58,166 nucleotides of DNA from the NCBI GenBank assembly GCA_025355545.1, contig JANXZN010000157.1:1-58166 (forward strand). The letters are read 5' to 3'. Each line of letters starts with the position of its first letter. The first letter of the stretch is position 1. The position numbers were made by a program, and so were the translations under genes. This document shows positions 42,117-53,845 of the stretch, one piece after another. The notes under the pieces are model-generated. The model ran no database searches. It worked only from the letters and a program-made list of their open reading frames with translations, and was not told the origin of the DNA. The DNA is from Rhizobacter sp. (lineage in GTDB: Bacteria; Pseudomonadota; Gammaproteobacteria; Burkholderiales; Burkholderiaceae_C).

Positions 42117-44425
42117 CCGACCGCATGCGCTGCTTCTCCCGCTCGACCTCGTTTCGCCACTCCATCATTTGCGTCGCGCTGGCTGCTGCCCTCCAGGCCG
42201 GCTCGGCATGGGCGGTCGAGCCCTTCGCGGTCAAGGACATTCGCGTCGAGGGCCTGCAGCGCAGTGACGCCGGCACGGTGTTCGCGTCGCTGCCGTTTCG
42301 CATCGGCGATACCTACAGCGACGAGAAAGGCGCCGCCGCGCTGCGCGCGCTGTTCGCCACGGGGCTCTACAAGGACGTGCGCATCGACATCGACGGCAAC
42401 GTCGTCGTCGTGGTCGTCGAAGAGCGCCCGGTGATCGCCAACATCGACTTCGTCGGCCTGAAGGAATTCGACAAGGACCAACTGATCAAGTCGCTGCGCG
42501 ACTTCGGCATCAGCGACGGCCAGCCTTTCGACCAGGCCCTGGCCGACCGCGCCGAGCAGGAACTCAAACGTCAGTACCTGACGCGCAGCCTCTACGGCGC
42601 CGAGGTCGTGACCACCGTGACGCCGCAGGAGCGCAACCGCGTGAACCTGAGCTTCACGATCACCGAAGGCTCGGCCGCGAAGATCAGCGAGATCCGCGTC
42701 ACCGGCAACAAGGCGTTTTCGGAAAGCACGCTGACGGGCCTGTTCGACCTCAACGCCGGTGGCTGGCTCAATTTCTACACCAAGGCCGACCGCTATTCAC
42801 GCGCCAAGCTCGACGCCGACCTCGAAACGCTGCGCGCCTACTACCTGAACCGCGGCTACCTCGAGTTCAATGTCGAGTCGACCCAGGTCGCGATCTCGCC
42901 CGACAAGCAGGACATCACGATCACGGTCAACGTGAAAGAGGGGCAGCCCTACACGGTGAGCGGCGCCAAGCTCGAGGGCGACTACCTCGGCAAGGACGAC
43001 GACTTCAAGACCCTGGTGCAGATCAAGCCAGGCGAGCCGTACCGCGCCGAGACCGTGACCCAGACGACGCGCCTGATGAGCGACCGTTTCGGCACCTTCG
43101 GCTATGCGTTCGCGAAGGTCGAGGCGCGCCCCGAGATCGACCGCGCGAGCGGCACCGTCGCGCTGACGATCTCCGCTGAACCGGCGCGTCGCGTCTACAT
43201 CCGCCGCATCAACGTGTCGGGCAACACCAAGACGCGCGACGAGGTCATCCGGCGCGAGTTCCGCCAGTTCGAATCGAGCTGGTACGACGGGCGCAAGATC
43301 AAGCTGTCGCGCGACCGGGTCGACCGGCTCGGCTACTTCAGCGAAGTCACGGTCGACAGCAACGAGGTGCCCGGCACCGCCGACCAGGTCGATCTGACGA
43401 TCACGGTCAAGGAAAAGGCCACCGGCAACCTGCAGATCGGCGCGGGCTTCTCGTCGGCCGACAAGCTGTCGCTGTCGGGCTCGATCAAGCAGGAAAACGT
43501 GTTCGGTTCCGGCAACTACCTGGGCCTGGAGCTCAACACCAGCAAGTACAGCCGCACGCTGGTGCTCAGCACGATCGACCCGTACTTCACGGTCGACGGC
43601 ATCTCGCGCTACATCGACGTCTTCTATCGCACGCAGCGCCCGATCAACAGCCAGGGCGAAGAGTACAAGCTGGTGACGCCGGGCGCGTCGATCCGCTTCG
43701 GTGTGCCGTTCAGCGAGTTCGACACGGTATTCTTCGGCATCGGCTACGAGCAGACCAAGATCGAAGGCTCGAACCTGCCGGTCAACTACCGCAACTACGT
43801 CACCGAGTTCGGCGCCACCAGCAGCTCGGTGCCGCTGTCGGTCGGCTGGTCGCGCGACAGCCGCGACAGCGCACTCGTGCCCACCACCGGCCGCCTGACG
43901 AGCCTGAACTTCGACTGGGGCGCCACCGGCGACGCGCAGTACCTGCGCACGAACGGCAAGTTCCAGCAGTACCTCGCGCTGTCCAAGCGCTTCACGTTCG
44001 GCTTCAACGCCGATGTGTCCTGGGGCAAGGGCCTGGGCGGGCACCCTTACCCGATCTTCAAGAACTTCTACGGCGGCGGTCTGGGCAGCGTGCGCGGCTT
44101 CGACCAGAACTCGCTCGGCCCGGTCGACGTGACCGGCGCGTTCATCGGCGGCAACCGCAAGCTGAACCTGAACAGCGAGCTTTACCTGCCGATCCCGGGC
44201 ACCGGCAACGACCGCACCTTGCGCTGGTTCACCTACGTCGACGTCGGCAACGTCTGGGGCGAGAACGACAAGCTCACCGTCGACAGCCTGCGCGCATCGG
44301 CGGGGGTGGGCCTGACCTGGGTCTCGCCGGTGGGGCCGCTGAAGATCAGCTACGGCACGCCGATCCGCAAGAAGCCAGAAGATAGAATTCAGCGCCTTCA
44401 ATTCCAGATCGGGACCGCGTTCTAA
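42113..44425 (+). CDS. bamA: Outer membrane protein assembly factor BamA
   Basis: Signal peptide, DIRVEGLQR POTRA1, GNTKTRDEVIRRE, SVRGF, C-terminal FQIGTAF. Confidence 0.97.
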   Translation: MTDRMRCFSRSTSFRHSIICVALAAALQAGSAWAVEPFAVKDIRVEGLQRSDAGTVFASLPFRIGDTYSDEKGAAALRALFATGLYKDVRIDIDGNVVVVVVEERPVIANIDFVGLKEFDKDQLIKSLRDFGISDGQPFDQALADRAEQELKRQYLTRSLYGAEVVTTVTPQERNRVNLSFTITEGSAAKISEIRVTGNKAFSESTLTGLFDLNAGGWLNFYTKADRYSRAKLDADLETLRAYYLNRGYLEFNVESTQVAISPDKQDITITVNVKEGQPYTVSGAKLEGDYLGKDDDFKTLVQIKPGEPYRAETVTQTTRLMSDRFGTFGYAFAKVEARPEIDRASGTVALTISAEPARRVYIRRINVSGNTKTRDEVIRREFRQFESSWYDGRKIKLSRDRVDRLGYFSEVTVDSNEVPGTADQVDLTITVKEKATGNLQIGAGFSSADKLSLSGSIKQENVFGSGNYLGLELNTSKYSRTLVLSTIDPYFTVDGISRYIDVFYRTQRPINSQGEEYKLVTPGASIRFGVPFSEFDTVFFGIGYEQTKIEGSNLPVNYRNYVTEFGATSSSVPLSVGWSRDSRDSALVPTTGRLTSLNFDWGATGDAQYLRTNGKFQQYLALSKRFTFGFNADVSWGKGLGGHPYPIFKNFYGGGLGSVRGFDQNSLGPVDVTGAFIGGNRKLNLNSELYLPIPGTGNDRTLRWFTYVDVGNVWGENDKLTVDSLRASAGVGLTWVSPVGPLKISYGTPIRKKPEDRIQRLQFQIGTAF

Positions 44426-44961
44426 TGAAAAGCTCCACTCTCAAGGCCGGCTTTGCGAGCTTCGCGATGGCCGCCGCGCTGACGCTAGCGGCGACTGTCG
44501 GCGCGCAGGCCCAGGAAATGAAGATCGGCTTCGTCAACAGCGACCGCGTGCTGCGCGAAGCCACGCTTGCGAAGGCGGCGCAGTCGCGCCTCGAGACCGA
44601 GTTCTCGAAGCGCCAGAAGGAAGGCGAAGACGCCGCGAACAAGCTCAAGGCCGCCGCCGACAAGCTCGATAAAGACGCGCCCACGCTGGGTGAAGCGGAG
44701 CGCAATCGCCGCCAGCGCGAACTCGTCGACCAGGACCGCGAACTGCAGCGCAAGCGCCGCGAGTTCCAGGAAGACCTGAACCAGCGCCGCAACGAGGAAC
44801 TGGCCTCGGTGGTCGAGCGCGCGAACAAGGTCGTCAAGCAGATCTACGACAGCGAGAAGTACGACCTGATCCTGCAAGGCGACGTCGTGATCTTCGCCAG
44901 CCAGCGTGTCGACATCACCGACAAGGTCATCAAGGCACTGAACGCGCAAGGCGGGAAGTGA
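44425..44961 (+). CDS. skp: Periplasmic chaperone Skp/OmpH
   Basis: Signal peptide, KIGFVN, coiled coil, YDLIL, DITDKVIK. Confidence 0.93.
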   Translation: MKSSTLKAGFASFAMAAALTLAATVGAQAQEMKIGFVNSDRVLREATLAKAAQSRLETEFSKRQKEGEDAANKLKAAADKLDKDAPTLGEAERNRRQRELVDQDRELQRKRREFQEDLNQRRNEELASVVERANKVVKQIYDSEKYDLILQGDVVIFASQRVDITDKVIKALNAQGGK

Positions 44962-44967
44962 CCCGGT

Positions 44968-46050
44968 GTGGTCGCTGTCAGGTTGCCTGAACTCGTCGCC
45001 GCGCTCGGCGGCGAACTGAGCGGCGACGCTGCGTCGGTCGCCGCTGCGCGGATCGACCGGATCGGGCCATTCGACGACGCGACGCCTTCGACCATCACCT
45101 TCGTCGCGAACCCGCGGCTGCAGCCGCTGCTGGCCGCCAGCACCGCCGGCTGCGTGATCGTCGGCCCGGCGCTGCGTGACGAGGCCGCGGCGCGCGGCCC
45201 GGCCATCGTCACACCCGATCCCTACCTCTATTTCGCCAGGCTGACGCAGTGGTGGGCCGCGCGCACGCGGGTTGCGGCCGCGCCCGGGGTGCACGCCAGC
45301 GCAGTGGTCGACCCTTCGGCGCGAATCGCGGCGAATGCCTCGATCGGCGCGCTCGCGGTGATCGAAGCCGGCGCACGCGTCGGAGAGGGCGCGGTGATCG
45401 GCGCGCAATGCTTCATCGGGCGCGACGCAGTGGTCGGTGCCGCCACCCGGCTGGCCGCGCGGGTCACCTTGCACGAGCGCTGCGTGATCGGCGCGCGCGG
45501 CGTCGTCCACAGCGGGGTGGTGATCGGCGCCGACGGCTTCGGCTTCGCACCCGCCGAAGGCCGCTGGGAACGGATCGAACAACTCGGGGCGGTGCAGATC
45601 GGCGACGACGTCGACATCGGCGCCAACACCTGCATCGACCGCGGCGCGCTCGGCGACACCGTGATCGGTAACGGCGTCAAGCTCGACAACCTGATCCAGA
45701 TCGGCCACAACGTGCGCATCGGCGACCACTCGGCGCTCGCCGGCTGCGTGGGCATCGCTGGCAGCGCGACGATCGGCAAGCACGTGACGATCGGCGGCGC
45801 CGGGATGATCGCGGGCCATCTCGAGATCGTCGATCACGTGCACATCTCGGGCGGCACGTTGGTGAGTCACTCGATCCGCAAGCCGGGCCACTACACCGGC
45901 GTGTTCCCCATCGACGACAATGCCGCCTGGGAAAAGAATGCCGCGACTCTGCGCAACCTGCACCGCCTGCGCGAGCGCGTGAGGGCGCTCGAGAAGAGCG
46001 TGCGCGAGAATGCGGCCGCCGACAAGAACGACACGACAGGCACACCATGA
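44968..46050 (+). CDS. lpxD: UDP-3-O-acylglucosamine N-acyltransferase
   Basis: DPYLYFA, hexapeptide repeats, [29 protein letters not shown]. Confidence 0.97.
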   Translation: MVAVRLPELVAALGGELSGDAASVAAARIDRIGPFDDATPSTITFVANPRLQPLLAASTAGCVIVGPALRDEAAARGPAIVTPDPYLYFARLTQWWAARTRVAAAPGVHASAVVDPSARIAANASIGALAVIEAGARVGEGAVIGAQCFIGRDAVVGAATRLAARVTLHERCVIGARGVVHSGVVIGADGFGFAPAEGRWERIEQLGAVQIGDDVDIGANTCIDRGALGDTVIGNGVKLDNLIQIGHNVRIGDHSALAGCVGIAGSATIGKHVTIGGAGMIAGHLEIVDHVHISGGTLVSHSIRKPGHYTGVFPIDDNAAWEKNAATLRNLHRLRERVRALEKSVRENAAADKNDTTGTP

Positions 46051-46490
46051 GCATGGACATCCACGAGATCCTGAAGCGGCTCCCGCACCGCTACCCGTTC
46101 CTGCTGGTGGACCGCGTGCTCGAGCTCGAGAAGGGCAAGCGCATCCTGGCGCTGAAGAACGTGACGATGAACGAGCCGTATTTCGTCGGCCATTTCCCGC
46201 ACCGCCCGGTGATGCCGGGCGTGGTGATGCTGGAGGCGCTGGCGCAAGCCGCCGCGATCCTGGCGTTCGACAACATCGGCGTGATGCCCGACGACAAGAC
46301 CGTCTTCTACTTTGCCGGCATCGACAGCGCACGCTTCAAGCGCCCGGTCGAGCCCGGCGATCAGTTGATGCTGCACGCCACGCTCGAGCGCAGCCGCGCC
46401 GGCATCGTCAAGTTCTCGGCGCAAGCCAAGGTGGGCGACATCGTGGCCGTCGAAGCCGGGCTGATGTGCACGATGCGCCGCCTGGCCTGA
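46047..46490 (+). CDS. fabZ: 3-hydroxyacyl-ACP dehydratase
   Basis: [28 protein letters not shown]. Confidence 0.98.
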   Translation: MSMDIHEILKRLPHRYPFLLVDRVLELEKGKRILALKNVTMNEPYFVGHFPHRPVMPGVVMLEALAQAAAILAFDNIGVMPDDKTVFYFAGIDSARFKRPVEPGDQLMLHATLERSRAGIVKFSAQAKVGDIVAVEAGLMCTMRRLA

Positions 46491-46512
46491 GCCTGCGGGC
46501 ACGCTGTCGAGC

Positions 46513-47301
46513 ATGGCGAACATCCACCCCACGGCGATCGTCGAGCGCGGCGCCGACCTGGATTCGAGCGTCGCGGTCGGCGCCTGCAGCATCGTGCGCG
46601 CGGGCGTGCGCGTCGGCGCCGGCACCAGCATCGGACCGCACTGCGTGATCGAAGGGCGCACGACGATCGGCCGCGACAACCGCATCTTCCAGTTCTGCTC
46701 GATCGGCGCGCTGCCGCAGGACAAGAAGTACGCCGGCGAACCGACCGAGCTGCACATCGGTGACCGCAACACGATCCGCGAGTTCTGCACCTTCAATCTC
46801 GGCACCGCGCAGGATTCGGCGGTCACGCGCGTCGGTAACGACAACTGGATCATGGCCTACGTGCACCTCGCGCACGACGTGCAACTGGCCAGCAACACGA
46901 CATTGGCGAACAACGCCACGTTGGCCGGCCACGTGCATGTGGGCGACTGGGTCACCGTCGGCGGGCTGTCGGGCGTGCACCAGTTCGTGAAGATCGGCGC
47001 GCACGCGTTCGTCGGCTTTTCGAGCGCGGTCACGCAGGACGTTCCGCCCTACATGATGGTCGACGGCAACCCGCTCGCGGTGCGCGGCTTCAACATCGAG
47101 GGGCTGCGGCGGCGCGGTTTCGGCCCCGAGCGCCTGGCCGCGGTCAAGCAGATGCACCGCCTGCTGTACCGCAACGGGCTGAGCTTCGACGCGGCGCGCC
47201 AGGCGATCGTCGCGCTCGGCGCCGAGACGCCCGAAGCGGCGGGCGACATCGCGATGATGGGCGAGTTCCTCGCTCGCGCCACGCGCGGCATCGCTCGTTA
47301 G
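46513..47301 (+). CDS. lpxA: UDP-N-acetylglucosamine O-acyltransferase
   Basis: [38 protein letters not shown]. Confidence 0.97.
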   Translation: MANIHPTAIVERGADLDSSVAVGACSIVRAGVRVGAGTSIGPHCVIEGRTTIGRDNRIFQFCSIGALPQDKKYAGEPTELHIGDRNTIREFCTFNLGTAQDSAVTRVGNDNWIMAYVHLAHDVQLASNTTLANNATLAGHVHVGDWVTVGGLSGVHQFVKIGAHAFVGFSSAVTQDVPPYMMVDGNPLAVRGFNIEGLRRRGFGPERLAAVKQMHRLLYRNGLSFDAARQAIVALGAETPEAAGDIAMMGEFLARATRGIAR

Positions 47302-47302
47302 C

Positions 47303-48469
47303 ATGGCCGCGATGGACTCCACAGCCCCTCGCTTCGCGATGGTGGCCGGCGAAGCGTCGGGCGACCTGCTCGGCGGCCTGCTGCTCGGTGGTCTGAAGGC
47401 GCGCTGGCCGCAGTTGCACGCGGCCGGCATCGGCGGCCCGCGCATGATCGCGCAGGGCTTCGAGACCTGGTGGCCGCACGACAAGCTGTCGGTCAGCGGC
47501 TACGTCGAAGTGCTGAGCCACTACCGCGAGATCTCCGGCATCCGCAACCAGCTGATCGAACGGCTGTTGAGCGCCGACGCAGCGGCGCGTGCCGATGTCT
47601 TCGTCGGCATCGACGCGCCCGACTTCAACCTCGACCTCGAGGCCAGGCTGAAGTCGCAGGGCATGAAGGCGGTCCACTTCGTCAGCCCGTCGATCTGGGC
47701 CTGGCGCGGCAAGCGCATCGAGAAGATCCGGCGCGCCACCGACCTGGTGCTGTGTCTGTTCCCGTTCGAGCCGGCGATCTATGCCAGGCAGGGTGTGCCC
47801 GCGGCGTATGTTGGCCACCCGCTGGCCGATGTGATTCCGCTCGAGGTGCCGCGCGCCGGCGCACGGGCGAGCCTGGGGCTGGCCGACGACGCGACCGTCG
47901 TCGCGCTGCTGCCGGGCAGCCGCCGCGCCGAGGTGCAGTACATCGCGCCGCGCCTACTGCAGGCCGCGGCCGAGATGCACCGGCAGCGCCCGGGCCTGCG
48001 CTTCGTGCTGCCGGTCGTGCCGGGGCTGCGTCATGTCGTCGAGCCGCTGCGCAAGCAATATGCGGCCGATGTCGCGATCGACCTGCTCGACGGCCGCTCC
48101 CACGAGGCGCTCGCGGCCTGCGACGTGACGCTGATCGCGAGCGGCACCGCGACACTCGAAGCGGCGCTGTTCAAGCGCCCGATGGTCATCACCTATGTGA
48201 TGCACGCGCTGAACTGGCAGATGATGAAGCGCATGAACTACCAGCCCTGGGTCGGCCTGCCCAACATCCTGTTGAACGACTTTGCGGTGCCGGAGTTCCT
48301 GCAGCGCGCCGCGACGCCGGCCGCGCTCGCGCGGGCCGCGTTCGACTGGCTCGACGACCCGGCGCGCTGCGACGCGCTGCGCCTGCGTTTCGAGGCGCTG
48401 CACCGCGAGCTGCGCCTCAACACCGCCGAGGCGGCCACCGATGCGATCGAAAAAGTTCTTGCGGGCTGA
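47303..48469 (+). CDS. lpxB: Lipid-A-disaccharide synthase
   Basis: [47 protein letters not shown]. Confidence 0.97.
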   Translation: MAAMDSTAPRFAMVAGEASGDLLGGLLLGGLKARWPQLHAAGIGGPRMIAQGFETWWPHDKLSVSGYVEVLSHYREISGIRNQLIERLLSADAAARADVFVGIDAPDFNLDLEARLKSQGMKAVHFVSPSIWAWRGKRIEKIRRATDLVLCLFPFEPAIYARQGVPAAYVGHPLADVIPLEVPRAGARASLGLADDATVVALLPGSRRAEVQYIAPRLLQAAAEMHRQRPGLRFVLPVVPGLRHVVEPLRKQYAADVAIDLLDGRSHEALAACDVTLIASGTATLEAALFKRPMVITYVMHALNWQMMKRMNYQPWVGLPNILLNDFAVPEFLQRAATPAALARAAFDWLDDPARCDALRLRFEALHRELRLNTAEAATDAIEKVLAG

Positions 48470-49055
48470 ACAGCTCGGCCTCGTCTTCGATGTGCCGGGC
48501 CTGATCGCCGGTGTCGACGAAGCGGGCCGCGGCCCGCTGGCCGGGCCGGTGGTGGCGGCCGCGGTGATCCTCGACGATCTGCGGCCTATCAAGGGCCTGC
48601 ACGATTCGAAGCAACTGACCGCGCTCGCGCGCGAACGCCTGTACGTCGAGATCCACGCGAAGGCGCTGTGCTTCAGCATCGCGCAGGCCAGTGTCGAGGA
48701 GATCGACGCACTGAACATCCTGCAGGCCACGCTGCTGGCGATGCGCCGCGCGGTCGAGGGGCTGCGGTTGCGACCGAACAAGGTGCTGATCGACGGCAAC
48801 CGGCTGCCGGTGCTGAAGATCGCAGCCGAGGCCATCGTCCGGGGCGATGCGAAGGTCAAGGCGATCTCGGCGGCGTCGATTCTCGCGAAGGTCTACCGCG
48901 ATCGGCTGTGCCAGCAACTGCATCTGCAGCACCCGCAGTACGGCTTCGATGGCCACAAGGGTTACCCGACGCCGGCGCACCTGGCGGCGCTGAAGGCGCA
49001 CGGCGTTTGCCCGCACCACCGGCGCAGCTTCGCGCCGGTGCGCGCGCTGCTGTGA
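48441..49055 (+). CDS. rnhB: Ribonuclease HII
   Basis: [41 protein letters not shown]; overlaps the lpxB end. Confidence 0.96.
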   Translation: MRSKKFLRAEQLGLVFDVPGLIAGVDEAGRGPLAGPVVAAAVILDDLRPIKGLHDSKQLTALARERLYVEIHAKALCFSIAQASVEEIDALNILQATLLAMRRAVEGLRLRPNKVLIDGNRLPVLKIAAEAIVRGDAKVKAISAASILAKVYRDRLCQQLHLQHPQYGFDGHKGYPTPAHLAALKAHGVCPHHRRSFAPVRALL

Positions 49056-49056
49056 G

Positions 49057-49833
49057 ATGAGCACGCCGATCAAGGCGATCAGCTCGCGCGACAACCCGCT
49101 GCTGGTGCGGCTGCGCAAGCTCGCGGCCGACCCGGCCGCCTACCGCAAGCTGGGCGAGGTCTGGGTCGAAGGCGAACACCTGTGCTCGGCGTTCGCGCTG
49201 CGCGGCGGCGTGGCGGCGCAGGCGGTGGTCAGCGACGCGGGCTGGCAGACGCCGGCGCTGCGCGCGCTGGCCGGTACCGCGGCGGCCGTCGCGGTCGTGC
49301 CCGAGGCGCTGATGGCCGGCCTGAGCGCGCTCGAATCGCCGGCACCGCTGGCGTTCGCGCTGCCGTGGGCCGGGCCGGGCGTGCTCGACGCGGCTGCGCC
49401 GAGCGTCGTGCTCGACCGGCTGCAGGACGCCGGCAACGTCGGCAACATCCTGCGCAGCGCCGCGGCGTTCGGTTTCGCGCAGGTGATCGCACTCAAGGGC
49501 ACGGCCGCGCTGTGGTCGCCGAAGGTGTTGCGCGCCGGCATGGGCGCGCATTTCGGTCTGCGGCTGGTCGAGGTGGCCGATGCCGACGCGCTGGCCGCGT
49601 TCAAGCTGCCGCTGCTGGCGACGAGCTCGCATGCGTCGCGGGCGATCCACGAAGTACCACTGCCCTGGCCGTGCGCCTGGGTGCTGGGCCACGAGGGGCA
49701 GGGCGTGTCGGCGGCGCTGCTGCAGCGCTGCGCGCAGTCGCTGCGCATCCCGCAGCCGGGCGGTGAGGAATCGCTCAACGTCGCGGCCGCCGCGGCCGTG
49801 TGCCTGTATGAATCGGCGCGCCAGCGCGGCTAG
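49057..49833 (+). CDS. TrmH/SpoU-family RNA methyltransferase
   Basis: LDRLQDAGNVGNILRSA, VLRAGMG, LGHEGQG, ESLNVA. Confidence 0.93.
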   Translation: MSTPIKAISSRDNPLLVRLRKLAADPAAYRKLGEVWVEGEHLCSAFALRGGVAAQAVVSDAGWQTPALRALAGTAAAVAVVPEALMAGLSALESPAPLAFALPWAGPGVLDAAAPSVVLDRLQDAGNVGNILRSAAAFGFAQVIALKGTAALWSPKVLRAGMGAHFGLRLVEVADADALAAFKLPLLATSSHASRAIHEVPLPWPCAWVLGHEGQGVSAALLQRCAQSLRIPQPGGEESLNVAAAAAVCLYESARQRG

Positions 49834-50666
49834 TACATCAACCGGTCCGGCCGCAGGTCGCGCAGGATCGTCGTCGCGATCTCCTCGATCGACTTGTGGG
49901 TCGACGACAGCCACGCGATGCCCTCGCGGCGCATCATCGTCTCGGCTTCCCTGACCTCGTAGCGGCAGTTCTCGACCGCGGCGTACTTGCTGCCCGGCCG
50001 GCGTTCGTTGCGGATGTGGCTCAAGCGCTCGGGGTCGATCGTCAGGCCGAAACACTTCTGCTTGTACGGCGCCAGCGTGGACGGGATGTTGCCGCGATCG
50101 AAGTCTTCCGGGATCAATGGGTAGTTCGCCGCCTTGATGCCGTGCTGCATCGCCAGGTAAAGCGAGGTCGGCGTCTTGCCGCTGCGGCTGACGCCGACCA
50201 GGATCACGTCGGCACTGGCGAGGTTCTTGGACGACTGGCCGTCGTCGTGCGCAAGCGAGAAGTTGATGGCCTCGATGCGGTCGGTGTACTCCTGACTTTT
50301 CGAGACGTCGGCGAAGCGGCCGACGCGGTGGTTCGAGGTCATGCCGAACTCGGCTTCCAGCGGCTCGATGAAGGTGTTGAACATGTCGAGCACGAGGCCC
50401 TTCTGCTCGACGCCGGCGCTCCCATCCTTCAGGATCGAGAGAATCTCCGGGCTCACCAGCGTGATGAAGACGATCGGCCTCTGACCCTCGGCATCGGCGG
50501 TGTGGTTGATCTCGCGCAGCACCTGGTGCGCCTTGTCGGCGGTGTCGATGAAGGGGCGGCGCACGTGGCGCGAGCGAACCGCGAACTGCGACATGATCGA
50601 ATTGCCGAAGGTCTCGGCGGTGATGCCGGTGCCGTCGGAGATGAAGAACACGGTGCGCTGGGCCAT
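49830..50666 (-). CDS. ppsR: PEP synthase regulatory kinase/pyrophosphorylase (DUF299)
   Basis: VFFISDGTGITAE, HDDG, LVGVSRSGKTPTSLYLA; divergent from ppsA. Confidence 0.95.
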   Translation of the reverse strand: MAQRTVFFISDGTGITAETFGNSIMSQFAVRSRHVRRPFIDTADKAHQVLREINHTADAEGQRPIVFITLVSPEILSILKDGSAGVEQKGLVLDMFNTFIEPLEAEFGMTSNHRVGRFADVSKSQEYTDRIEAINFSLAHDDGQSSKNLASADVILVGVSRSGKTPTSLYLAMQHGIKAANYPLIPEDFDRGNIPSTLAPYKQKCFGLTIDPERLSHIRNERRPGSKYAAVENCRYEVREAETMMRREGIAWLSSTHKSIEEIATTILRDLRPDRLMY

Positions 50667-50704
50667 GACGGGGCGGATCGGACGCGAGAGTGGGCCTGGC
50701 ACAG

Positions 50705-50729
50705 ATGATAGGCAGTTCGACCGTAAAAT
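50705..50729. promoter_or_regulatory. Divergent -10 candidates: TATCAT (-, ppsR) and TAAAAT (+, ppsA)
   Basis: ATGATA at 50705-50710 and TAAAAT at 50724-50729. Confidence 0.45.
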
Positions 50730-50894
50730 CGGCCGCATCCTTCCCGTCCGCCCCATGATGAACGCCAACGTCCGCTGCGCCCGACCCCCGCCAGGGTCCG
50801 CGCGTGCGCGCCCAGCGCCGGTGGCGAGCGCCCTAGAGCAACGCTCGGGCCCGGACAGTGAAGCACCTATTTTTCACCATCCCGGAGCTCTTTC

Positions 50895-53303
50895 ATGTCG
50901 AACAACCCCCTGGCGACCGCCCTGGTCGCCCCGTTTGAACACCTGAGAATGACCGACGTCGAGACGGTGGGCGGCAAGAACGCCTCGCTCGGCGAAATGA
51001 TCAGCCAACTGGCCGCCTCGGGCGTGCGCGTGCCGGGCGGCTTCGCCACCACGGCGCACGCGTTCCGGCAGTTCCTGCAGCATGCCGGACTCGACCAGCG
51101 GATCGAGGCGCGCCTGGCGACACTGAACACCGACGACGTGCGCGCGCTGGCCGAGGCCGGTGCCGAGATCCGCCACTGGATCGAAGCGACGCCGTTCCCG
51201 CGCGAACTCGATGCGGCCATCAGCGCCGAGTTCGCCAAGCTGACTGCGGGCGCGCCCGACGCGTCGTTCGCGGTGCGCTCGTCGGCCACCGCCGAGGATC
51301 TGCCCGACGCCTCGTTCGCCGGCCAGCAGGAAACCTTCCTGAACGTCGTCGGCATTGCCGATGTGCTCGCGAAGATGAAAGAGGTCTTCGCCAGCCTCTA
51401 CAACGACCGCGCGATCAGCTACCGCGTGCACAAGGGCTTCGCGCACAGCGAGGTGGCGCTCTCCGCCGGCGTGCAGCGCATGGTGCGCTCCGACCTGGGC
51501 GCGGCCGGCGTGATGTTCACGATCGACACCGAATCGGGCTTCGACCAGGTGGTGTTCATCACCTCGAGCTACGGCCTGGGCGAGACGGTGGTGCAGGGCG
51601 CGGTGAACCCGGACGAGTTCTATGTGCACAAGCCCGCGCTGCGGGCCGGCAAGCACGCGATCATCCGCCGCAACCTCGGCTCGAAGCTGATCAAGATGGA
51701 GTTCGCCACGCCCGAAGAGAAGGCCGCGAGCGGGCGCCTGGTGAAGACCGTCGACACGCTGCACGAGCAGCGCAACCGCTACTCGCTCAGCGACGCCGAC
51801 GTGGCCGAACTCGCCGGCTACGCGCTGACGATCGAGCAGCACTACGGCCGTGCGATGGACATCGAATGGGGCAAGGACGGTGCCGACGGCAAGCTTTACA
51901 TCCTGCAGGCCCGGCCCGAAACGGTGAAGAGCCAGCAGACCGGCAAGGTCGAGCAGCGCTACAAGCTCAAGGGCAGCGGCACGGTGCTCGCCGAAGGCCG
52001 CGCGATCGGCCAGAAGATCGGCACCGGGCCGGTGCGCATCGTCCACAGCATCGCCGACATGGATCAGGTGCAGGCCGGCGACGTGCTCGTCACCGACATG
52101 ACCGATCCGAACTGGGAGCCGGTGATGAAGCGCGCCAGCGCGATCGTCACGAACCGCGGCGGCCGCACCTGCCACGCGGCGATCATCGCGCGCGAGCTCG
52201 GCATCCCGGCGGTGGTCGGCTGCGGCGATGCGACCGAGGTGCTGCAGCCGGGCGCGCTCGTCACGGTCGCCTGCTCCGAGGGCGACACCGGCTACATCTA
52301 CGACGGCTTGCTGGAGACCGAAGTGAGCGACGTGCAGCGCGGCGAGCTGCCGCCCTGCCCGGTGAAGATCACGATGAACGTGGGCAACCCGCAGCTCGCG
52401 TTCGACTTCGCGCAGATGCCCAACAGCGGCGTCGGGCTGGCGCGGCTCGAATTCATCATCAACAACAACATCGGCGTGCACCCGAAGGCGATCCTGGACT
52501 ACCCGAATATCGACAGCGACCTGAAGAAGGCGGTCGAAAGCGTGGCGCGCGGGCATGCGTCGCCGCGCGCGTTCTACGTCGACAAGCTGGTCGAAGGCAT
52601 CGCGACGATCGGCGCGGCGTTCTGGCCAAAGCCGGTGATCGTGCGGCTCTCGGACTTCAAGAGCAACGAGTACCGCAAACTGATCGGCGGTTCGCGCTAC
52701 GAGCCGGAGGAAGAGAACCCGATGCTGGGCTTCCGCGGTGCGTCGCGCTACGTCAGCGAAGAATTCGGCGAGGCCTTCGCGATGGAGTGCGAAGCGCTGA
52801 AGCGCGTGCGCGACGACATGGGTCTGACCAATGTCGAGATCATGGTGCCGTTCGTGCGCACGCTGGCACAGGCCAGGGCGGTAATCGGCATGCTCGCGGA
52901 CCGCGGCCTGAAGCGCGCGGCCGACGGCGGCACCGACGGTCTGCGCATCATCATGATGTGCGAAATCCCGAGCAATGCGGTGCTGGCCGAGGAGTTCCTG
53001 GTGCACTTCGACGGCATGTCGATCGGCTCGAACGACCTGACCCAGCTCACGCTCGGGCTGGACCGAGACTCGGGCATGGAACTGCTCGCGAAGGACTTCG
53101 ACGAGCGCGATCCCGCCGTCAAGTTCCTGATCGCGCGCGCGATCAAGGCCTGCCGAGCCGCCGGCAAGTATGTCGGCATCTGCGGCCAGGGCCCGAGCGA
53201 CCACCCCGACTTCGCCGACTGGCTCGCCGACGAAGGCATCGTCTCGATTTCGCTGAACCCGGATTCAGTGGCCGAGACCTGGCGGCGTCTCGCGACGCGC
53301 TGA
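50895..53303 (+). CDS. ppsA: Phosphoenolpyruvate synthase
   Basis: [30 protein letters not shown] phospho-His motif, [18 protein letters not shown]. Confidence 0.98.
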   Translation: MSNNPLATALVAPFEHLRMTDVETVGGKNASLGEMISQLAASGVRVPGGFATTAHAFRQFLQHAGLDQRIEARLATLNTDDVRALAEAGAEIRHWIEATPFPRELDAAISAEFAKLTAGAPDASFAVRSSATAEDLPDASFAGQQETFLNVVGIADVLAKMKEVFASLYNDRAISYRVHKGFAHSEVALSAGVQRMVRSDLGAAGVMFTIDTESGFDQVVFITSSYGLGETVVQGAVNPDEFYVHKPALRAGKHAIIRRNLGSKLIKMEFATPEEKAASGRLVKTVDTLHEQRNRYSLSDADVAELAGYALTIEQHYGRAMDIEWGKDGADGKLYILQARPETVKSQQTGKVEQRYKLKGSGTVLAEGRAIGQKIGTGPVRIVHSIADMDQVQAGDVLVTDMTDPNWEPVMKRASAIVTNRGGRTCHAAIIARELGIPAVVGCGDATEVLQPGALVTVACSEGDTGYIYDGLLETEVSDVQRGELPPCPVKITMNVGNPQLAFDFAQMPNSGVGLARLEFIINNNIGVHPKAILDYPNIDSDLKKAVESVARGHASPRAFYVDKLVEGIATIGAAFWPKPVIVRLSDFKSNEYRKLIGGSRYEPEEENPMLGFRGASRYVSEEFGEAFAMECEALKRVRDDMGLTNVEIMVPFVRTLAQARAVIGMLADRGLKRAADGGTDGLRIIMMCEIPSNAVLAEEFLVHFDGMSIGSNDLTQLTLGLDRDSGMELLAKDFDERDPAVKFLIARAIKACRAAGKYVGICGQGPSDHPDFADWLADEGIVSISLNPDSVAETWRRLATR

Positions 53304-53309
53304 CGCGCG

Positions 53310-53831
53310 TTACAGCGCCAGCACCATCTGGTCCTTGGCGTGGTACTGTCCCGCGACGCAGATGGCGCGGGGCAGGCTGCCGTAGCGCACGAAGCCGAAG
53401 CCTTCGTACAGGGCGATCGCCGGCAGGTTGCCGGCCGTCACCGTCAGGGTCAGCAGTTGCAGGCCCTCGGCGCGCTGCGCCAGCGCGATGCACTCGGCCA
53501 GCAGCGCACGGCCGATGCCGCGGCCTTGGGCGTGGTCGCGCACCATCATGCCGACGATGTGGCCGATGTGGCGCACCTTGATACGCGTGTCGCGCTCGCA
53601 GCCGATCGCGCCGAGCAGCGCGCTGCCATGCCACGCGCCGAGCGTGAACTGGCCGCCTTCGGCGCGCTCGAGGCCGAGCCGGGAACCATAGCTGTTGGGT
53701 GTGCGCAGAAGGCCTTCGGTCGCGTCCGACGTGAACGCGCTCGGGTGCGCGGCGAGCATCGTGTCGCGCAGTGCCTTGTAATCGGCCAGATCGTCGGGGC
53801 GCAGCGGGCGGATCGAGGGCGCTGCGCTCAT
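53310..53831 (-). CDS. GNAT-family N-acetyltransferase
   Basis: MMVRDHAQGRGIGRALL acetyl-CoA motif, NLPAIALYEGFGF; C-terminal part of ORF 53310..54965. Confidence 0.88.
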   Translation of the reverse strand: MSAAPSIRPLRPDDLADYKALRDTMLAAHPSAFTSDATEGLLRTPNSYGSRLGLERAEGGQFTLGAWHGSALLGAIGCERDTRIKVRHIGHIVGMMVRDHAQGRGIGRALLAECIALAQRAEGLQLLTLTVTAGNLPAIALYEGFGFVRYGSLPRAICVAGQYHAKDQMVLAL

Positions 53832-53845
53832 CGAGGCGCCCGGGC